DNA from: a bacterium
GTDB lineage: Bacteria > SZUA-182 > DTGQ01 > JAFGSM01
DNA: 64,000 nucleotides
Reading direction: 5' to 3'
Assembly: GCA_049472335.1 (NCBI GenBank)
Contig: JBLIRO010000010.1
Location: 15,527-79,526, forward strand
Part shown: piece after piece, positions 29,860-40,574 of the stretch
How positions within the stretch are numbered: the stretch's first letter is position 1
Layout of the letters: every line of letters begins with the position of its first letter
Position numbers and translations under genes: made by a program
The notes under the pieces: generated by a model
Databases searched by the model: none
What the model saw: the letters and a program-made list of their open reading frames with translations, nothing else
What the model was told of the DNA's origin: nothing

Positions 29860-30404
29860 TCTTTCAACTCGCTTTTATTTATAATCTTTGAAACCTTTGT
29901 AATCAATTTATGGCCAGAATTTCTTTCCCTTTTTAAAGCTATTTTTATAGCTATAGATAACAAGTTTAACTGATTGAATTTGATGTTTTTTGTTGTATAA
30001 GGCTTTTGGTTTGAAAACAGGATTACATAACTATGTCGAATAAGATCATCGATTGTTTCATCATTACAAATTTTTCTATTTAAGAGAGTTTCAGTAAGTT
30101 TTTCAAAACTAACCAAGGATTTAAACAGTAAATTATAAAATTAGTTTGTCAAAATAGTTGTAAAATAATTTGGAAAAAAGAAAAAATTATATTTTTCCTA
30201 AAAAAAATAGAAAAAAATTACAATTTATATTTAATTAATGATTATTGAAAGAAAAAATGAATAAATATAAAATTTGATATAATGAAATGATAAAGAATAT
30301 TTTCGGGTTTGTCAAAGCCATACTGATTCCATCTTATTGTGTTGATTCCATAATATGTGATAAACTTGTTCGGTTTTTAAGATTCTGATCAAGCGGAGGA
30401 TGAT

Positions 30405-30947
30405 TTGAAAATGTCTGACAATGATCCTTTTGAAAGAAGCAGGAAACGTATTAATGTCGAAATCCGGCAGATGGAGATCGATGACATCCCTGAAGTATTC
30501 CATCTCGGCGAGGAACTTTTCACCTCCGAGGACGCTCCGACCTTATATAGAACCTGGGATGAGTATGAGGTTACAGGGCTTTTTCACAGCGAGACGGAGC
30601 TCTGTCTTGTGGCTGAAGCAAATGAGGAGATTATTGGATTTGCCATGGGTACAACCATTACCAAACCCAGATCAGCCTGGAAATATGGTCATCTTGTATG
30701 GTTGGGAGTAGCGGATGACTACCAGAGGTTCGGGGTGGCGGAAAAGCTTTTTAACAACTTTCTGGAGCTTATGCTTGAAGAGGGGGTTCGTATCCTTATG
30801 GCTGATACCGAAGCAGATAACAAACCTGCTTTAAAGTTTTTCCGCAAGATGGGATTCGATAAATCCGAGGAGCATGTATACCTAAGTCTGAATTTGGATG
30901 AACAACTGAAGGCTTTTAAACAAAGACACACAAACCATAACGAATAA
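30405..30947 (+). CDS. GNAT-family N-acetyltransferase
   Basis: EIRQMEIDD; WLGVADDYQRFGVA acetyl-CoA motif A; NKPALKFFRKMGF. Confidence 0.9.
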   Translation: MKMSDNDPFERSRKRINVEIRQMEIDDIPEVFHLGEELFTSEDAPTLYRTWDEYEVTGLFHSETELCLVAEANEEIIGFAMGTTITKPRSAWKYGHLVWLGVADDYQRFGVAEKLFNNFLELMLEEGVRILMADTEADNKPALKFFRKMGFDKSEEHVYLSLNLDEQLKAFKQRHTNHNE

Positions 30948-30966
30948 GAGAGTAATTGAGGGATCG

Positions 30967-32079
30967 TTGAATAATTTAAATGTGATAAATCCGGAACGTC
31001 TAAAGAGGCTTCTGTCAAAAATGATCGATATTTACAGCCCTTCCGGAAAGGAAGAGGAGATACTCGAATATCTCTATGACTATCTTAAAAGAAACGGACT
31101 ACCTGTTTGTAAACAATCGGTGGATGATAGCAGATACAACCTTGTTGTTGGCTCCGAAGCGGATACCCTGCTTAGTTTTGTCGGCCATCTGGATACCGTA
31201 ATAGCCCATGATTTGGATAATTATGGATTCAAGGAGGAAGGAGATCTGGTTGCCGGCCTTGGCTCTGCCGACATGAAGGGCGGATGCGCTGCAATGATCG
31301 AGGCATTCGTTTGCCTTTGGAATAGAAAGGGGACTCCTCCTCCGGTAGCTCTGGCCCTTGTAATTGGAGAAGAAGAGGAGGGTGACGGCGCTAACGTGTT
31401 GGCAAATAGTGATCTTCAATTCAGTTGGGCGCTGATAGGAGAGCCTACAGACCTTAAACCTTGTCTGAGTAATTATGGCTATATAGAGATACAAATTGCC
31501 ATTAAAGGAAAGCGCATACATGCTTCATTGGCGAATCAGGGACAGAATCCCATTGGGGCCATGCTCAGACTGATAATGCGTGTTGCCCGGTACATTGAAA
31601 GTAAACAACCAAGATTAGTATATAATATCCGTGATATGTACACATCTCAAGCCGGATTCTTTGTGCCCGACCTTTGCGAGGCCTGGGTGGACATGCATAT
31701 GCCTCCGGAATCTCCTATGGGTGAGATTGTTACAGAGATAGAGGAAATTGTCGAAATGGAGCAGAAGGAGAATACAAAGCTTGACTTTATGATTCGTTTC
31801 AATACTATTGACGCAGGGTATGAATTGCCTGAAAAGGGCCCAATATTTGAGTGTCTCAAGGATATATATCTGAAACGCTCATTAAACTGGAAGCCGGAGC
31901 CCTTTGTTAGTCATTCTGACGCAAACCGTCTCTGGGCCTCGGGGGTTAGACCAATCCTGTTGGGCCCGGGAGAGCTTGAAAGGGCCCATGCTTCTGACGA
32001 GTCTATCCTTTTCAGTAAGGTTGTTGAAGCTGCTGAGATTTATCTCGAAATTGCAAACTCCATAGGAGGATATCTCTAA
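30967..32079 (+). CDS. M20 metallohydrolase (ArgE/DapE-like deacylase)
   Basis: SPSGKEE, GHLDTV, GLGSADMKGG, GEEEEG, GEPT, AHASDE. Confidence 0.9.
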   Translation: MNNLNVINPERLKRLLSKMIDIYSPSGKEEEILEYLYDYLKRNGLPVCKQSVDDSRYNLVVGSEADTLLSFVGHLDTVIAHDLDNYGFKEEGDLVAGLGSADMKGGCAAMIEAFVCLWNRKGTPPPVALALVIGEEEEGDGANVLANSDLQFSWALIGEPTDLKPCLSNYGYIEIQIAIKGKRIHASLANQGQNPIGAMLRLIMRVARYIESKQPRLVYNIRDMYTSQAGFFVPDLCEAWVDMHMPPESPMGEIVTEIEEIVEMEQKENTKLDFMIRFNTIDAGYELPEKGPIFECLKDIYLKRSLNWKPEPFVSHSDANRLWASGVRPILLGPGELERAHASDESILFSKVVEAAEIYLEIANSIGGYL

Positions 32080-33851
32080 TGAATATATCCGGCATTGATT
32101 GGTTTATCATTTTCCTTTACTTTGCATTTGCCCTTGGTATAGGTGTCTATTTCTCCAGGCGGGCCGGCAAAAACATCACAGAATACCTGGTGGCCGGCAG
32201 GAGCCTGCCATGGTGGCTTGCCGGGACCTCTATGGTTGCCACCACCTTTGCCGCCGATACTCCTCTTGCAGTTACAGAGCTTGTATACAAGTATGGAGTG
32301 GCGGGTAACTGGCTGTGGTGGAACTTTGTTTTTTCCGGCATCCTTACCGTTTTTTTCTTTGCCAGACTGTGGCGGCGCGTTGGCGTGCTCACGGATGTAG
32401 AGTTCACCGAGATTAGATACGGAGGAAAGCCGGCCGCGTTCCTGCGTGGATTCCGTGCGCTTTATTTGGGAATCATAGTCAATGCCGTTATTATGGGTTG
32501 GGTTATATCGGCCATGGGCACCATTATTGAGGTTGCCCTGGGGATTGATCGCTGGATAGCCATCGTTGTGTGCCTCATCATTACAGTTTTTTATTCAAGT
32601 CTTTCCGGACTTTGGGGGGTGGTAATCACCGATTTTTTTCAGTTTACTCTGGCCATGACCGGATCCATTCTGCTGGCCATCTTTGGCATAAACGCGATTG
32701 GGGGCATAGATGCCCTAAAGGCCAGGATGCTTGTGCAAGCGGGTTCCCAAAAGGCGGTTGATTCCTTTCTCTCTTTTGCTCCTCAGGTTGGCTCCCAGTG
32801 GATGCCGGTGATTCTATTCTTTTCATACATTGGGGTTCAGTGGTGGGCCTCATGGTATCCGGGAGCAGAGCCTGGCGGGGGAGGTTATGTTGCCCAGCGC
32901 ATGTTCAGTGCGAAAGATGAAAAACACTCGCTTCTGGCGACACTTTGGTTTAATATAGCTCATTACGGACTCAGACCATGGCCCTGGATCATTACAGCCA
33001 TTATAGCATGGGTCGTTTTCCCTGGACTCAAGAATCCGGGTGAAGGTTATGTGATGATGATGGTCACATATCTCCCACCAGGCATACTCGGCTTGATGTT
33101 TGCTGCCATGGCCGCGGCCTTTATGTCTACTATTTCCACCCAGCTTAACTGGGGGTGCTCTTATCTTGTGAATGACTTTTATATGCGCTTCCTTGCTCCA
33201 AATGCTTCTGAATCCCACTATGTGACAGTCTCAAGGATTATTACCGTTATACTCATGGTCCTCGGCGGAGTCGTTGGACTGATCATGCAGAGGATAACAG
33301 GGGGCTGGGAGCTCCTTCTCAGCATAGGAGCAGGAACAGGCCTTGTTCTTATATTGCGCTGGTTTTGGTGGAGAGTTAACGCCTGGTCAGAGATCTCGTC
33401 GATGATCGTGGCCCTTATCGTCTCTCTTGGGCTGACGATCCTTCAGAAATTGGGGATAATTACCTTTCCTGAAAACGCTGCCTTTGCATACACCCTCATC
33501 ATCACCGTTATTTTAACAACTGTAGCCTGGATAACCGTTACCTTGCTTACTCCGCCTGAAAGCGAATCCGTGCTCGAGGGATTCTATAAAAGGGCCAGAC
33601 CGGCCGGGCCGGGATGGAGACCTATAAAGGACCGGCTGGGTGATACTGTGAAAATAACAGATGATCTTCTCTTTTCCTTTTTTGACTGGATTGCGGGTTG
33701 TGTACTCATTTATGCCGTTCTTTTCGGAATCGGCAAGATCATTCTAAAGGATTTCAAACCCGGTATATTAATAGTTCTGATAGGTGTTTTTGCAGGAATT
33801 TTTATCTATTGGGATCTCTCGCGACGAGGGTGGAAGAGCATTTCCGATTGA
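32079..33851 (+). CDS. Sodium:solute symporter (SSS/SLC5)
   Basis: YLVAGRSLPWWLAGTSMVATTFAADT; GLWGVVITDFFQ; AAFMSTISTQLN; TAATG stop/start overlap with the M20 gene. Confidence 0.93.
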   Translation: MNISGIDWFIIFLYFAFALGIGVYFSRRAGKNITEYLVAGRSLPWWLAGTSMVATTFAADTPLAVTELVYKYGVAGNWLWWNFVFSGILTVFFFARLWRRVGVLTDVEFTEIRYGGKPAAFLRGFRALYLGIIVNAVIMGWVISAMGTIIEVALGIDRWIAIVVCLIITVFYSSLSGLWGVVITDFFQFTLAMTGSILLAIFGINAIGGIDALKARMLVQAGSQKAVDSFLSFAPQVGSQWMPVILFFSYIGVQWWASWYPGAEPGGGGYVAQRMFSAKDEKHSLLATLWFNIAHYGLRPWPWIITAIIAWVVFPGLKNPGEGYVMMMVTYLPPGILGLMFAAMAAAFMSTISTQLNWGCSYLVNDFYMRFLAPNASESHYVTVSRIITVILMVLGGVVGLIMQRITGGWELLLSIGAGTGLVLILRWFWWRVNAWSEISSMIVALIVSLGLTILQKLGIITFPENAAFAYTLIITVILTTVAWITVTLLTPPESESVLEGFYKRARPAGPGWRPIKDRLGDTVKITDDLLFSFFDWIAGCVLIYAVLFGIGKIILKDFKPGILIVLIGVFAGIFIYWDLSRRGWKSISD

Positions 33852-33903
33852 TTCGGACTAAGAAAGCCTCTGAATCATGAATTAGGAATAAAAGGAGGCC
33901 TTT

Positions 33904-34536
33904 ATGGAGTTTTATAGAAAGATCATTGTCATATTCCTTGTTTTCCCATCTCTTTCCTGTGCTTGTGCCGGCTTGAAAAAGTCGGGCGAGAAGATCAGTT
34001 TCTACATGTTGGAATATGAGACTCCCAGAAAGCTGAACATACTTGAGCCCTTCCCCCTTGTTATAGGGATCGAACATTTTAATGCTGCGAGCGAATATAA
34101 TACCAATCTTATTGTCTATAGGGACAGGGCATTTAAGAGAAATACATATACTTATCATCGATGGAGGGAAAAACCCGAGGATATGGTGACCCATTTTTTA
34201 TACAGGGACCTTAAGGAATCCGGTTTGTTCAAGACAGTATGCTACTCTGACAACGGAACATCTTCTTCTCATATACTGGGAGGTTCAGTGGATGAATTTT
34301 TTCAATGGGATGCCGAAGAGAATTTGAGGGCGGTTTTATTTATCAGTATTGATTTAATGGAGAAAAATAGAAAGGATACGGATAAAAAGATTCTTTTTTC
34401 GGGTACTTATAGCACCTCGAAGGTATGCAGAGAAAGGGATCCCGATGCTGTTGCCAAGGCAATGAGCGAGGCGATGAAAGAGGTTTCAGGGAAAATTATT
34501 GAGGACCTTTATCATTTTTTAAAGGATCGTTATTGA
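33904..34536 (+). CDS. ABC-transport auxiliary lipoprotein (PqiC/DUF330-like)
   Basis: AGGAGG RBS; lipoprotein-like Cys; FYMLEY, IVYRD, YTYHRWREKP, DLKESGLF. Confidence 0.75.
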   Translation: MEFYRKIIVIFLVFPSLSCACAGLKKSGEKISFYMLEYETPRKLNILEPFPLVIGIEHFNAASEYNTNLIVYRDRAFKRNTYTYHRWREKPEDMVTHFLYRDLKESGLFKTVCYSDNGTSSSHILGGSVDEFFQWDAEENLRAVLFISIDLMEKNRKDTDKKILFSGTYSTSKVCRERDPDAVAKAMSEAMKEVSGKIIEDLYHFLKDRY

Positions 34537-34588
34537 ATACTGGAAGGGGGTGGTAACTTCTCAAAATCCCGGTGGGATCTTGAGAAGA

Positions 34589-34670
34589 ATTGCAAAATGC
34601 AGATTGCAAATTTTAAAATGCAGGATAATGTATTCCTTAAATTTTCATTTTTCATTTTGCAATTTTCATT
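34589..34670. repeat. Degenerate 7-nt-period inverted repeat element
   Basis: TGCAAAA-like units on the left and TTTTCAT/TTTTGCA units on the right; ATTGCAAAATG (34589-99) pairs with CATTTTGCAAT (34653-63); a hairpin lies just before it at about 34557-34587. Confidence 0.6.
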
Positions 34671-34694
34671 AATTGCTCTAAAACCACATTTTAT

Positions 34695-36623
34695 TTGAGC
34701 GGTTACAGGGGGGGATCTACCTTGGGGATAGTTTTTGATAAATATCTGGCCGCATTGATAATCTTATTGGGTCTGCTATCATATATAATAGTTACAGGGT
34801 TTCGAAAATTTGTCAGCGCCTTTTTTAGATCTCATTCAATTCGTCGTTTAAAAAAGAGGTTGCCGGATTTTACACCTCAGGAGATTGAACGTGCCATAAG
34901 ATATTATATCTGGCCCGAGTGTCAGAGCATTGGTCATGAGCAAAGCCAGGAGGCCATACATACGGTTGCCATTCGTAAAAGCCTTCGCTCTACTGTGGAT
35001 AAAATGATCGATCAGGAGACAATCCATAAACACTCCATACTTCTTGCTGATAGCGGGATGGGCAAAACATCTTTCCTGTTTAATTATTTTGAATATTATT
35101 TGAGGCATTGGCGCAGGTCCTTTAGAATAAAACTATTCTCCTTAGATTCTTCCGGCCTTGAGAATAGGATAAAATCAATTCCCGCGCCTAAAAATACAGT
35201 GTTGTTGTTGGACGGCCTGGATGAAGATGGTCAGGCGGATCAGGATCGTACAGAAAGACTATATGAAATTATCGAGTGGACAAGGGAGTTTCATCGGGTT
35301 ATCATTACATGTCAAACGAGGTTTTTCCCGAATGACGCGGAAATATCCCATGAGGAAGAACTTTTTAGATTTAAGTCTGCCCCGGAAAGAGATGAGCCGA
35401 AATTTCCATTTTACAAGCTTTATCTTTCCTCCTTAAGTGGTGAACAGGTTCAATCATATTTGAAGAAACGCTTTTCAATCTTAAACAAAAAACGCCGTAA
35501 ATATGCCCATGATATAATCGATAAAATTTCAAATCTCTCTCTACGTCCTATGTTGCTGACTTACATGGATGATCTTATCAATTCCGGCAAATCATTCAAG
35601 AATTGCCATCAGATTTATGCGGAAATAGTCGATGCCTGGTTAAGGCGGGAAAAGAAAGGATTTGCTGATATCAATACTCTCCACGAATTTTTATATAAAG
35701 TGGCAGTGGAATTTTATGCAAAGCGAAGGAATCTTGGAAGTGAGCGAATGCCATACGATGAGATAGAAGCTATTGCCAAGCGTTTTAATATCAACCTGAA
35801 AAAATGGCCTTTATCCAGCCATTGTTTGCTGGACCGTGATGCAGAGGGAAATTATAAATTCGCCCACAAATCAATTGCGGAGTTTTTGTTTGCTCAGCGG
35901 ATACTGCAAAACGATCCGGAGGCAATTAATATTCCTGTCAAGGACTGGACTGAACAAGTCAAAACCTTTCTCCTTGAGGGGCTTGAGAAAAGGCCCTGGA
36001 GGTTTCCTGTCTATTTTGTGCCTTTTACCAGAAAAAGCTGGCAAATTGGTGAAAAAGGAAAAACTGTGGAGATAAAACCCTTCGAAATATCTATTTATCC
36101 GGTAACCAACCGGGAGTATGAAGAATTTGATCCTTCGCATCGTAATAAACGCAATGAATATTCGGATGAGGATGATCAGCCTGTTGTTAATATAACCTGG
36201 GAAGAGGCCGATCGATACTGTCGGTGGTTGACTGAAAAAACAGGTGAAAACTATAGATTGCCGCAGGAGATAGAATGGGAATTTGTTGCCAGTGGGGGCG
36301 GTCAGCGAAAATATCCATGGGGAGATGAAAAACCCAGTAAAGAGCTTGCTAATTATATTGATTCCAAGATTATGAAGACTAAACCTGTTAACTACTATCC
36401 CTTAGGCATGACCCCTGAGGGCTTATTCGGCATGGCCGGCAATGTCTGGGAGTGGTGTGAGGACTGGTATAATAAAAAACAGAAATTTCGTGTGATTCGG
36501 GGCGGTTCATTTTTCGACTTGGAGCACTATTTACATTGTGCTTTTCGTATCGGAGCTGACTGCAACGAATGTACTAATTATATAGGTTTTAGGGTTGTCA
36601 GGGATGTTCGAAATTTAAGGTAA
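34695..36623 (+). CDS. TM anchor, NACHT-like NTPase and FGE-sulfatase (SUMF1/C-lectin fold) domain protein
   Basis: Walker A ADSGMGKT; Walker B LLLDGLDE; YKFAHKSIAEF; then PVTNREY, PVVNITWEEA, RLPQEIEWE, YPWG, MAGNVWEW, RGGS, IGFRVV. Start codon uncertain. Confidence 0.85.
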   Translation: MSGYRGGSTLGIVFDKYLAALIILLGLLSYIIVTGFRKFVSAFFRSHSIRRLKKRLPDFTPQEIERAIRYYIWPECQSIGHEQSQEAIHTVAIRKSLRSTVDKMIDQETIHKHSILLADSGMGKTSFLFNYFEYYLRHWRRSFRIKLFSLDSSGLENRIKSIPAPKNTVLLLDGLDEDGQADQDRTERLYEIIEWTREFHRVIITCQTRFFPNDAEISHEEELFRFKSAPERDEPKFPFYKLYLSSLSGEQVQSYLKKRFSILNKKRRKYAHDIIDKISNLSLRPMLLTYMDDLINSGKSFKNCHQIYAEIVDAWLRREKKGFADINTLHEFLYKVAVEFYAKRRNLGSERMPYDEIEAIAKRFNINLKKWPLSSHCLLDRDAEGNYKFAHKSIAEFLFAQRILQNDPEAINIPVKDWTEQVKTFLLEGLEKRPWRFPVYFVPFTRKSWQIGEKGKTVEIKPFEISIYPVTNREYEEFDPSHRNKRNEYSDEDDQPVVNITWEEADRYCRWLTEKTGENYRLPQEIEWEFVASGGGQRKYPWGDEKPSKELANYIDSKIMKTKPVNYYPLGMTPEGLFGMAGNVWEWCEDWYNKKQKFRVIRGGSFFDLEHYLHCAFRIGADCNECTNYIGFRVVRDVRNLR

Positions 36624-36630
36624 ATTAAAA

Positions 36631-37995
36631 ATGGAAAGACTTTTCAGGTACATTGATGCAAACAAAGGTGTTTTTTTAAACGAACTTAAAGAGTTTCTCA
36701 GTATCCCAAGTATCAGCGCGCAAAGCGATCATAATGCCGATATTCGTATGTGCGCGAAATGGATCGCTGATCAGATGTGTTCAATCGGCATGCATAGTGT
36801 GCAGATCTTTGAGACATCGGGTCATCCTGTTGTCTATTGTGAATGGATGGGGGCTCCGGATAGCCCCACAGTCCTTTTCTACGGTCATTATGATGTCCAG
36901 CCGGTAGAACCTTTAAACCTTTGGACTTCTCCACCATTTGAGGCGACTATTCGGGGAAAAGACATTTACGCGAGGGGATCCGTTGATGATAAGGGGCAGG
37001 TCCTTATCCAATTAAAGAGCATTGAAGCATATATGAAAAATTTCGGGAACTTGCCTCTAAATATAAAGATGCTTATTGAGGGGGAAGAGGAGATAGGGAG
37101 CGTGAATCTTAAGGAATTCCTTAATGAACATAAGGACCTTTTGAAAGCCGATTTTGCTTTGATTTCGGACACCTCCATGTTTAAAGATGGTATCCCTTCT
37201 GTTTGCTATGGCTTGAGAGGGCTTGCCCTTATGGAAATGGAAGTAACCGGTCCTGCCAGCGATTTGCATTCAGGTTCATTCGGGGGATCCATCCATAATC
37301 CTATTCAGGCGCTTTGTGAGATAATAGCAGCTCTTCACGACAAGAATGGAAGGGTCACTATACCGGGCTTTTATGAAGATGTCCTGCCTATCAATGACAG
37401 GGAAAGAGAGGAATTAAAAGATTTGCCTCACAATGATAAAATATTTGCTGAAGAACTGGGTGTTAAAAAACTTTACGGGGAAAAAGGATTTAGTACTTTA
37501 GAACGGCTATGGGTGCGTCCTACACTTGAATGCAATGGAATTTGGGGCGGCTATACAGGTGAAGGGGCAAAGACAGTCCTGCCATCAAAGGCGTACGCAA
37601 AGATGTCCATGAGACTTGTTCCAAATCAGGAACCAGTTAAAATGGCCACGCTCTTTTTAGAATATATAAAACAGATTGCACCAGGAACCATTAACCTCGA
37701 GATACGTTTCTTTGCCGGTAGTGAGTCGGTTATCACTTCCAAGGATAGCCCATGGATCAGGGCCGTTGTTTCCGCGCTTGAGAAAGGTTTTGGTTCAAAA
37801 CCCGTGTATCAGAGGGAAGGTGGTTCCATCCCCGTAGTTGCTCAGTTAAAGAATATATTAAACCTTGATCCTGTATTAGTTGGTTTTGGGTTGCCGGATG
37901 CTAATGCGCATGCACCTGATGAGCATTTAAACCTGGATAACTTTTTTGGCGGAATACGGACATTGGTCTACTTCTTTAATGAATTCCAAAGTTAA
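36631..37995 (+). CDS. M20 dipeptidase (CNDP-like)
   Basis: YGHYDVQP, ARGSVDDKGQ, EGEEEIGS, DLHSGSFGG, GGSIPVV, AHAPDE. Confidence 0.93.
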   Translation: MERLFRYIDANKGVFLNELKEFLSIPSISAQSDHNADIRMCAKWIADQMCSIGMHSVQIFETSGHPVVYCEWMGAPDSPTVLFYGHYDVQPVEPLNLWTSPPFEATIRGKDIYARGSVDDKGQVLIQLKSIEAYMKNFGNLPLNIKMLIEGEEEIGSVNLKEFLNEHKDLLKADFALISDTSMFKDGIPSVCYGLRGLALMEMEVTGPASDLHSGSFGGSIHNPIQALCEIIAALHDKNGRVTIPGFYEDVLPINDREREELKDLPHNDKIFAEELGVKKLYGEKGFSTLERLWVRPTLECNGIWGGYTGEGAKTVLPSKAYAKMSMRLVPNQEPVKMATLFLEYIKQIAPGTINLEIRFFAGSESVITSKDSPWIRAVVSALEKGFGSKPVYQREGGSIPVVAQLKNILNLDPVLVGFGLPDANAHAPDEHLNLDNFFGGIRTLVYFFNEFQS

Positions 37996-38303
37996 TCCTC
38001 CGAATCGGGCTTTCAAGTTCATTTGATTAGTATTTGTTGTGTTAACAAAGATAGAATAAATAATGCATACGCATTAAACCATGATAAAAGGCCGTTAAGT
38101 TAATATAAGGGGTGAATATATGAATTTACCATTCAAAATAATAACAGGTAAAATTATCACTTAAAATTAAATGCGCAATCCCTTCCAAGGGATCTGACAA
38201 TATTGAAAGATGAACATTAAAATTATGTATAATCTTTGTTGGCTATAAAACGATAGGTTTGTTTTTTTATTATTGTTATAGAAAAATATCAAGAAAAATA
38301 GGT

Positions 38304-40562
38304 ATGAATATTTTTGCAATAACTGCATTAATTAATACAATTTTCATTGCCATATTAGGCGTTTTTGTTTATATAAAAAACAAGACCAACGAGATAAACA
38401 GAAAATATGCCTTGTTTTGTTTTTCTTGCGCCTTTTGGACCTTTAATTATTTCTTATGGATGATCTCAAAAAATGCCGGGACGGCCCTTTTCTTCATCCG
38501 TAGCTTGATGGTCGGAGCTATTTTCATTCCCATATGTTTTTTACATTTTGTCTTAATCCTTTTAGATTTGGTAGAGCAGAAAAAAAAGATCCTTAAGGTG
38601 GGTTATTATATTTTTTTCCTTTTCTTTATTCTGGATTTTACCCCTTATTTTGTGAAAGGGATTGAACAGAAACTATCCTTTAATTTTTGGCCCGAACCAG
38701 GGGTTACTTTTTTTCCTTTCTTAGTAATATGGATCTGTTATTGTATTTATTCTTGTTATCTTCTTTATAAGGGTTATCATAAGGCTTCCGGAATAAAACG
38801 TAATCAGTTGAGATATGTCTTTTTGGGAATAATAATTGGATATGTCAGTGGTTCAACTAATTATTTTTTATGGTACGATATTCCAATAAAACCATACGGA
38901 AATTTTTTTGTGCCTTTGTTTGTAGGCATCATGGCTTACGCCATCGTCAAATATCACCTTATGGAGATAAAACTGGCCATTACCCGGGCAGGAATTTTTT
39001 TGATTGTCTATACCCTCGTTTTGGGTATGCCCTTTTGGATTGGTTATCATATAAGAAACGATATTAAATTATGGTTTATTCCTATTTCGTTCATGTTTTT
39101 TTTGGCAACTCCCGGTCCTCTGATATATCGCTATTTTCAAAAAAAAGCGGAAGACCTGCTTTTAGCGAAACAGAAATTTTATCAAAAAACACTCCTTGAA
39201 GCGGGTAAGGGAATAGTAAAGGAACATAATTTAGACAACCTTCTAAAATTTATAACGGATATTTTTAAATTTACGGTACAAATTGAATTTGTTGGTATGT
39301 TTCTGAAAGATAAAGATGGAGAAAATTATTCATTGAAAAAGATGAGAGGTTATAAAAATTTCCCCAGAAATTTTATTTTTTCCAAGAATCATCCTCTTAT
39401 TAGAATGTTACAGAGAAGAAAAAAATCTCTTATTTATAGTGACATTGAATCCTATATAAAAAAGGCCTTAAATAAGCCTATTCATTCAATCGTGCCCTTA
39501 TTTATGGACAATAACCTTTTAGGTTTTCTGGTTCTAGGAGAGAAGATGGATCGCACGTTCTATACCGAAGAAGATATTAATGTCTTCGAGATCCTTTCAA
39601 GGCAAGCAGTTTTGGCAATTGATCATTGCATATTCATGGAAGAGTTCAGCAAGAAACAAGAAAAGGTTTTTCAGGCGGAAAAGTTGGCATCGATTGGTGG
39701 TATGGCTGATGGCATTGCTCATCAGATGAAAAATCGTCTAAATTTCTTTTCAGTTGCCTCAGGGGAAATAAAGGATGAAACGAGCAGTTTTGTGGAAGAG
39801 CATGTAGAGCTGGTTGAGAAAAATCCCGACCTGAGATTATATTTTAACTATATCTCTGAAATAGGGGGGGCTATGGTTAATAATGTCAGAAAGGCAAACG
39901 GAATCTTGGAGGGAATCTTAACTTTTGCCAGAACAGAGGAAAAGGAGGCCTTTTTCTCCTTTTTTTCTTTAAGAGAAATTATAGATACATCCTTAGGTTT
40001 GCTTTTGGTAAAACATCGTATTGGAAGTGGATTCCCTCTGGAAGTCGAGATCAACAATTCTTCCGATTTGATTTACGGTGTTAAATCACAGCTATTGGAA
40101 TGTGTTTATAATATCCTGGATAACTGTTATGAGGCGATTAAAGAAAAGATGGATTTTCATTTAAGCGAGGATGAAAGAAAAAATTTCACTCCCTGTATTA
40201 AATTAAAGCTAGTCGAAAGGGTAAAATCTTTTCATATAGATATCTCTGATAATGGGATTGGGGTTAAAGATGAAGATAAACATAAGATATTTGCACCCTT
40301 TTTTACTACAAAACCATCCGCTAAATCAGGAACGGGAATTGGATTATATATTGTCAAAAGGATTATAGAAGAGAACCACCAGGGAAGTATAAGTTTTAGA
40401 TCCATATATATGAAGGGAACAAGATTTTTGATCGATATCCCTAATAAAGAACGTCCCACAAAAAAGGATGATACTAAAGAAATCAAAACAAATTCCCAGG
40501 TTTCTCAAAAAAATCAAAAAATAACGACTCTTTCCGTAATATCAAAAGATAAAAAAGAATAG
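38304..40562 (+). CDS. Membrane sensor histidine kinase (7TM-type, GAF, HisKA, HATPase)
   Basis: Multiple N-terminal TM helices; GAF-like LLGFLVLGEK; H-box GIAHQMKN; NILDN; DNGIG; IFAPFFTTK; GTGIGL. Start moved to ATG 38304. Confidence 0.9.
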   Translation: MNIFAITALINTIFIAILGVFVYIKNKTNEINRKYALFCFSCAFWTFNYFLWMISKNAGTALFFIRSLMVGAIFIPICFLHFVLILLDLVEQKKKILKVGYYIFFLFFILDFTPYFVKGIEQKLSFNFWPEPGVTFFPFLVIWICYCIYSCYLLYKGYHKASGIKRNQLRYVFLGIIIGYVSGSTNYFLWYDIPIKPYGNFFVPLFVGIMAYAIVKYHLMEIKLAITRAGIFLIVYTLVLGMPFWIGYHIRNDIKLWFIPISFMFFLATPGPLIYRYFQKKAEDLLLAKQKFYQKTLLEAGKGIVKEHNLDNLLKFITDIFKFTVQIEFVGMFLKDKDGENYSLKKMRGYKNFPRNFIFSKNHPLIRMLQRRKKSLIYSDIESYIKKALNKPIHSIVPLFMDNNLLGFLVLGEKMDRTFYTEEDINVFEILSRQAVLAIDHCIFMEEFSKKQEKVFQAEKLASIGGMADGIAHQMKNRLNFFSVASGEIKDETSSFVEEHVELVEKNPDLRLYFNYISEIGGAMVNNVRKANGILEGILTFARTEEKEAFFSFFSLREIIDTSLGLLLVKHRIGSGFPLEVEINNSSDLIYGVKSQLLECVYNILDNCYEAIKEKMDFHLSEDERKNFTPCIKLKLVERVKSFHIDISDNGIGVKDEDKHKIFAPFFTTKPSAKSGTGIGLYIVKRIIEENHQGSISFRSIYMKGTRFLIDIPNKERPTKKDDTKEIKTNSQVSQKNQKITTLSVISKDKKE

Positions 40563-40574
40563 TCGCTCAGATAG

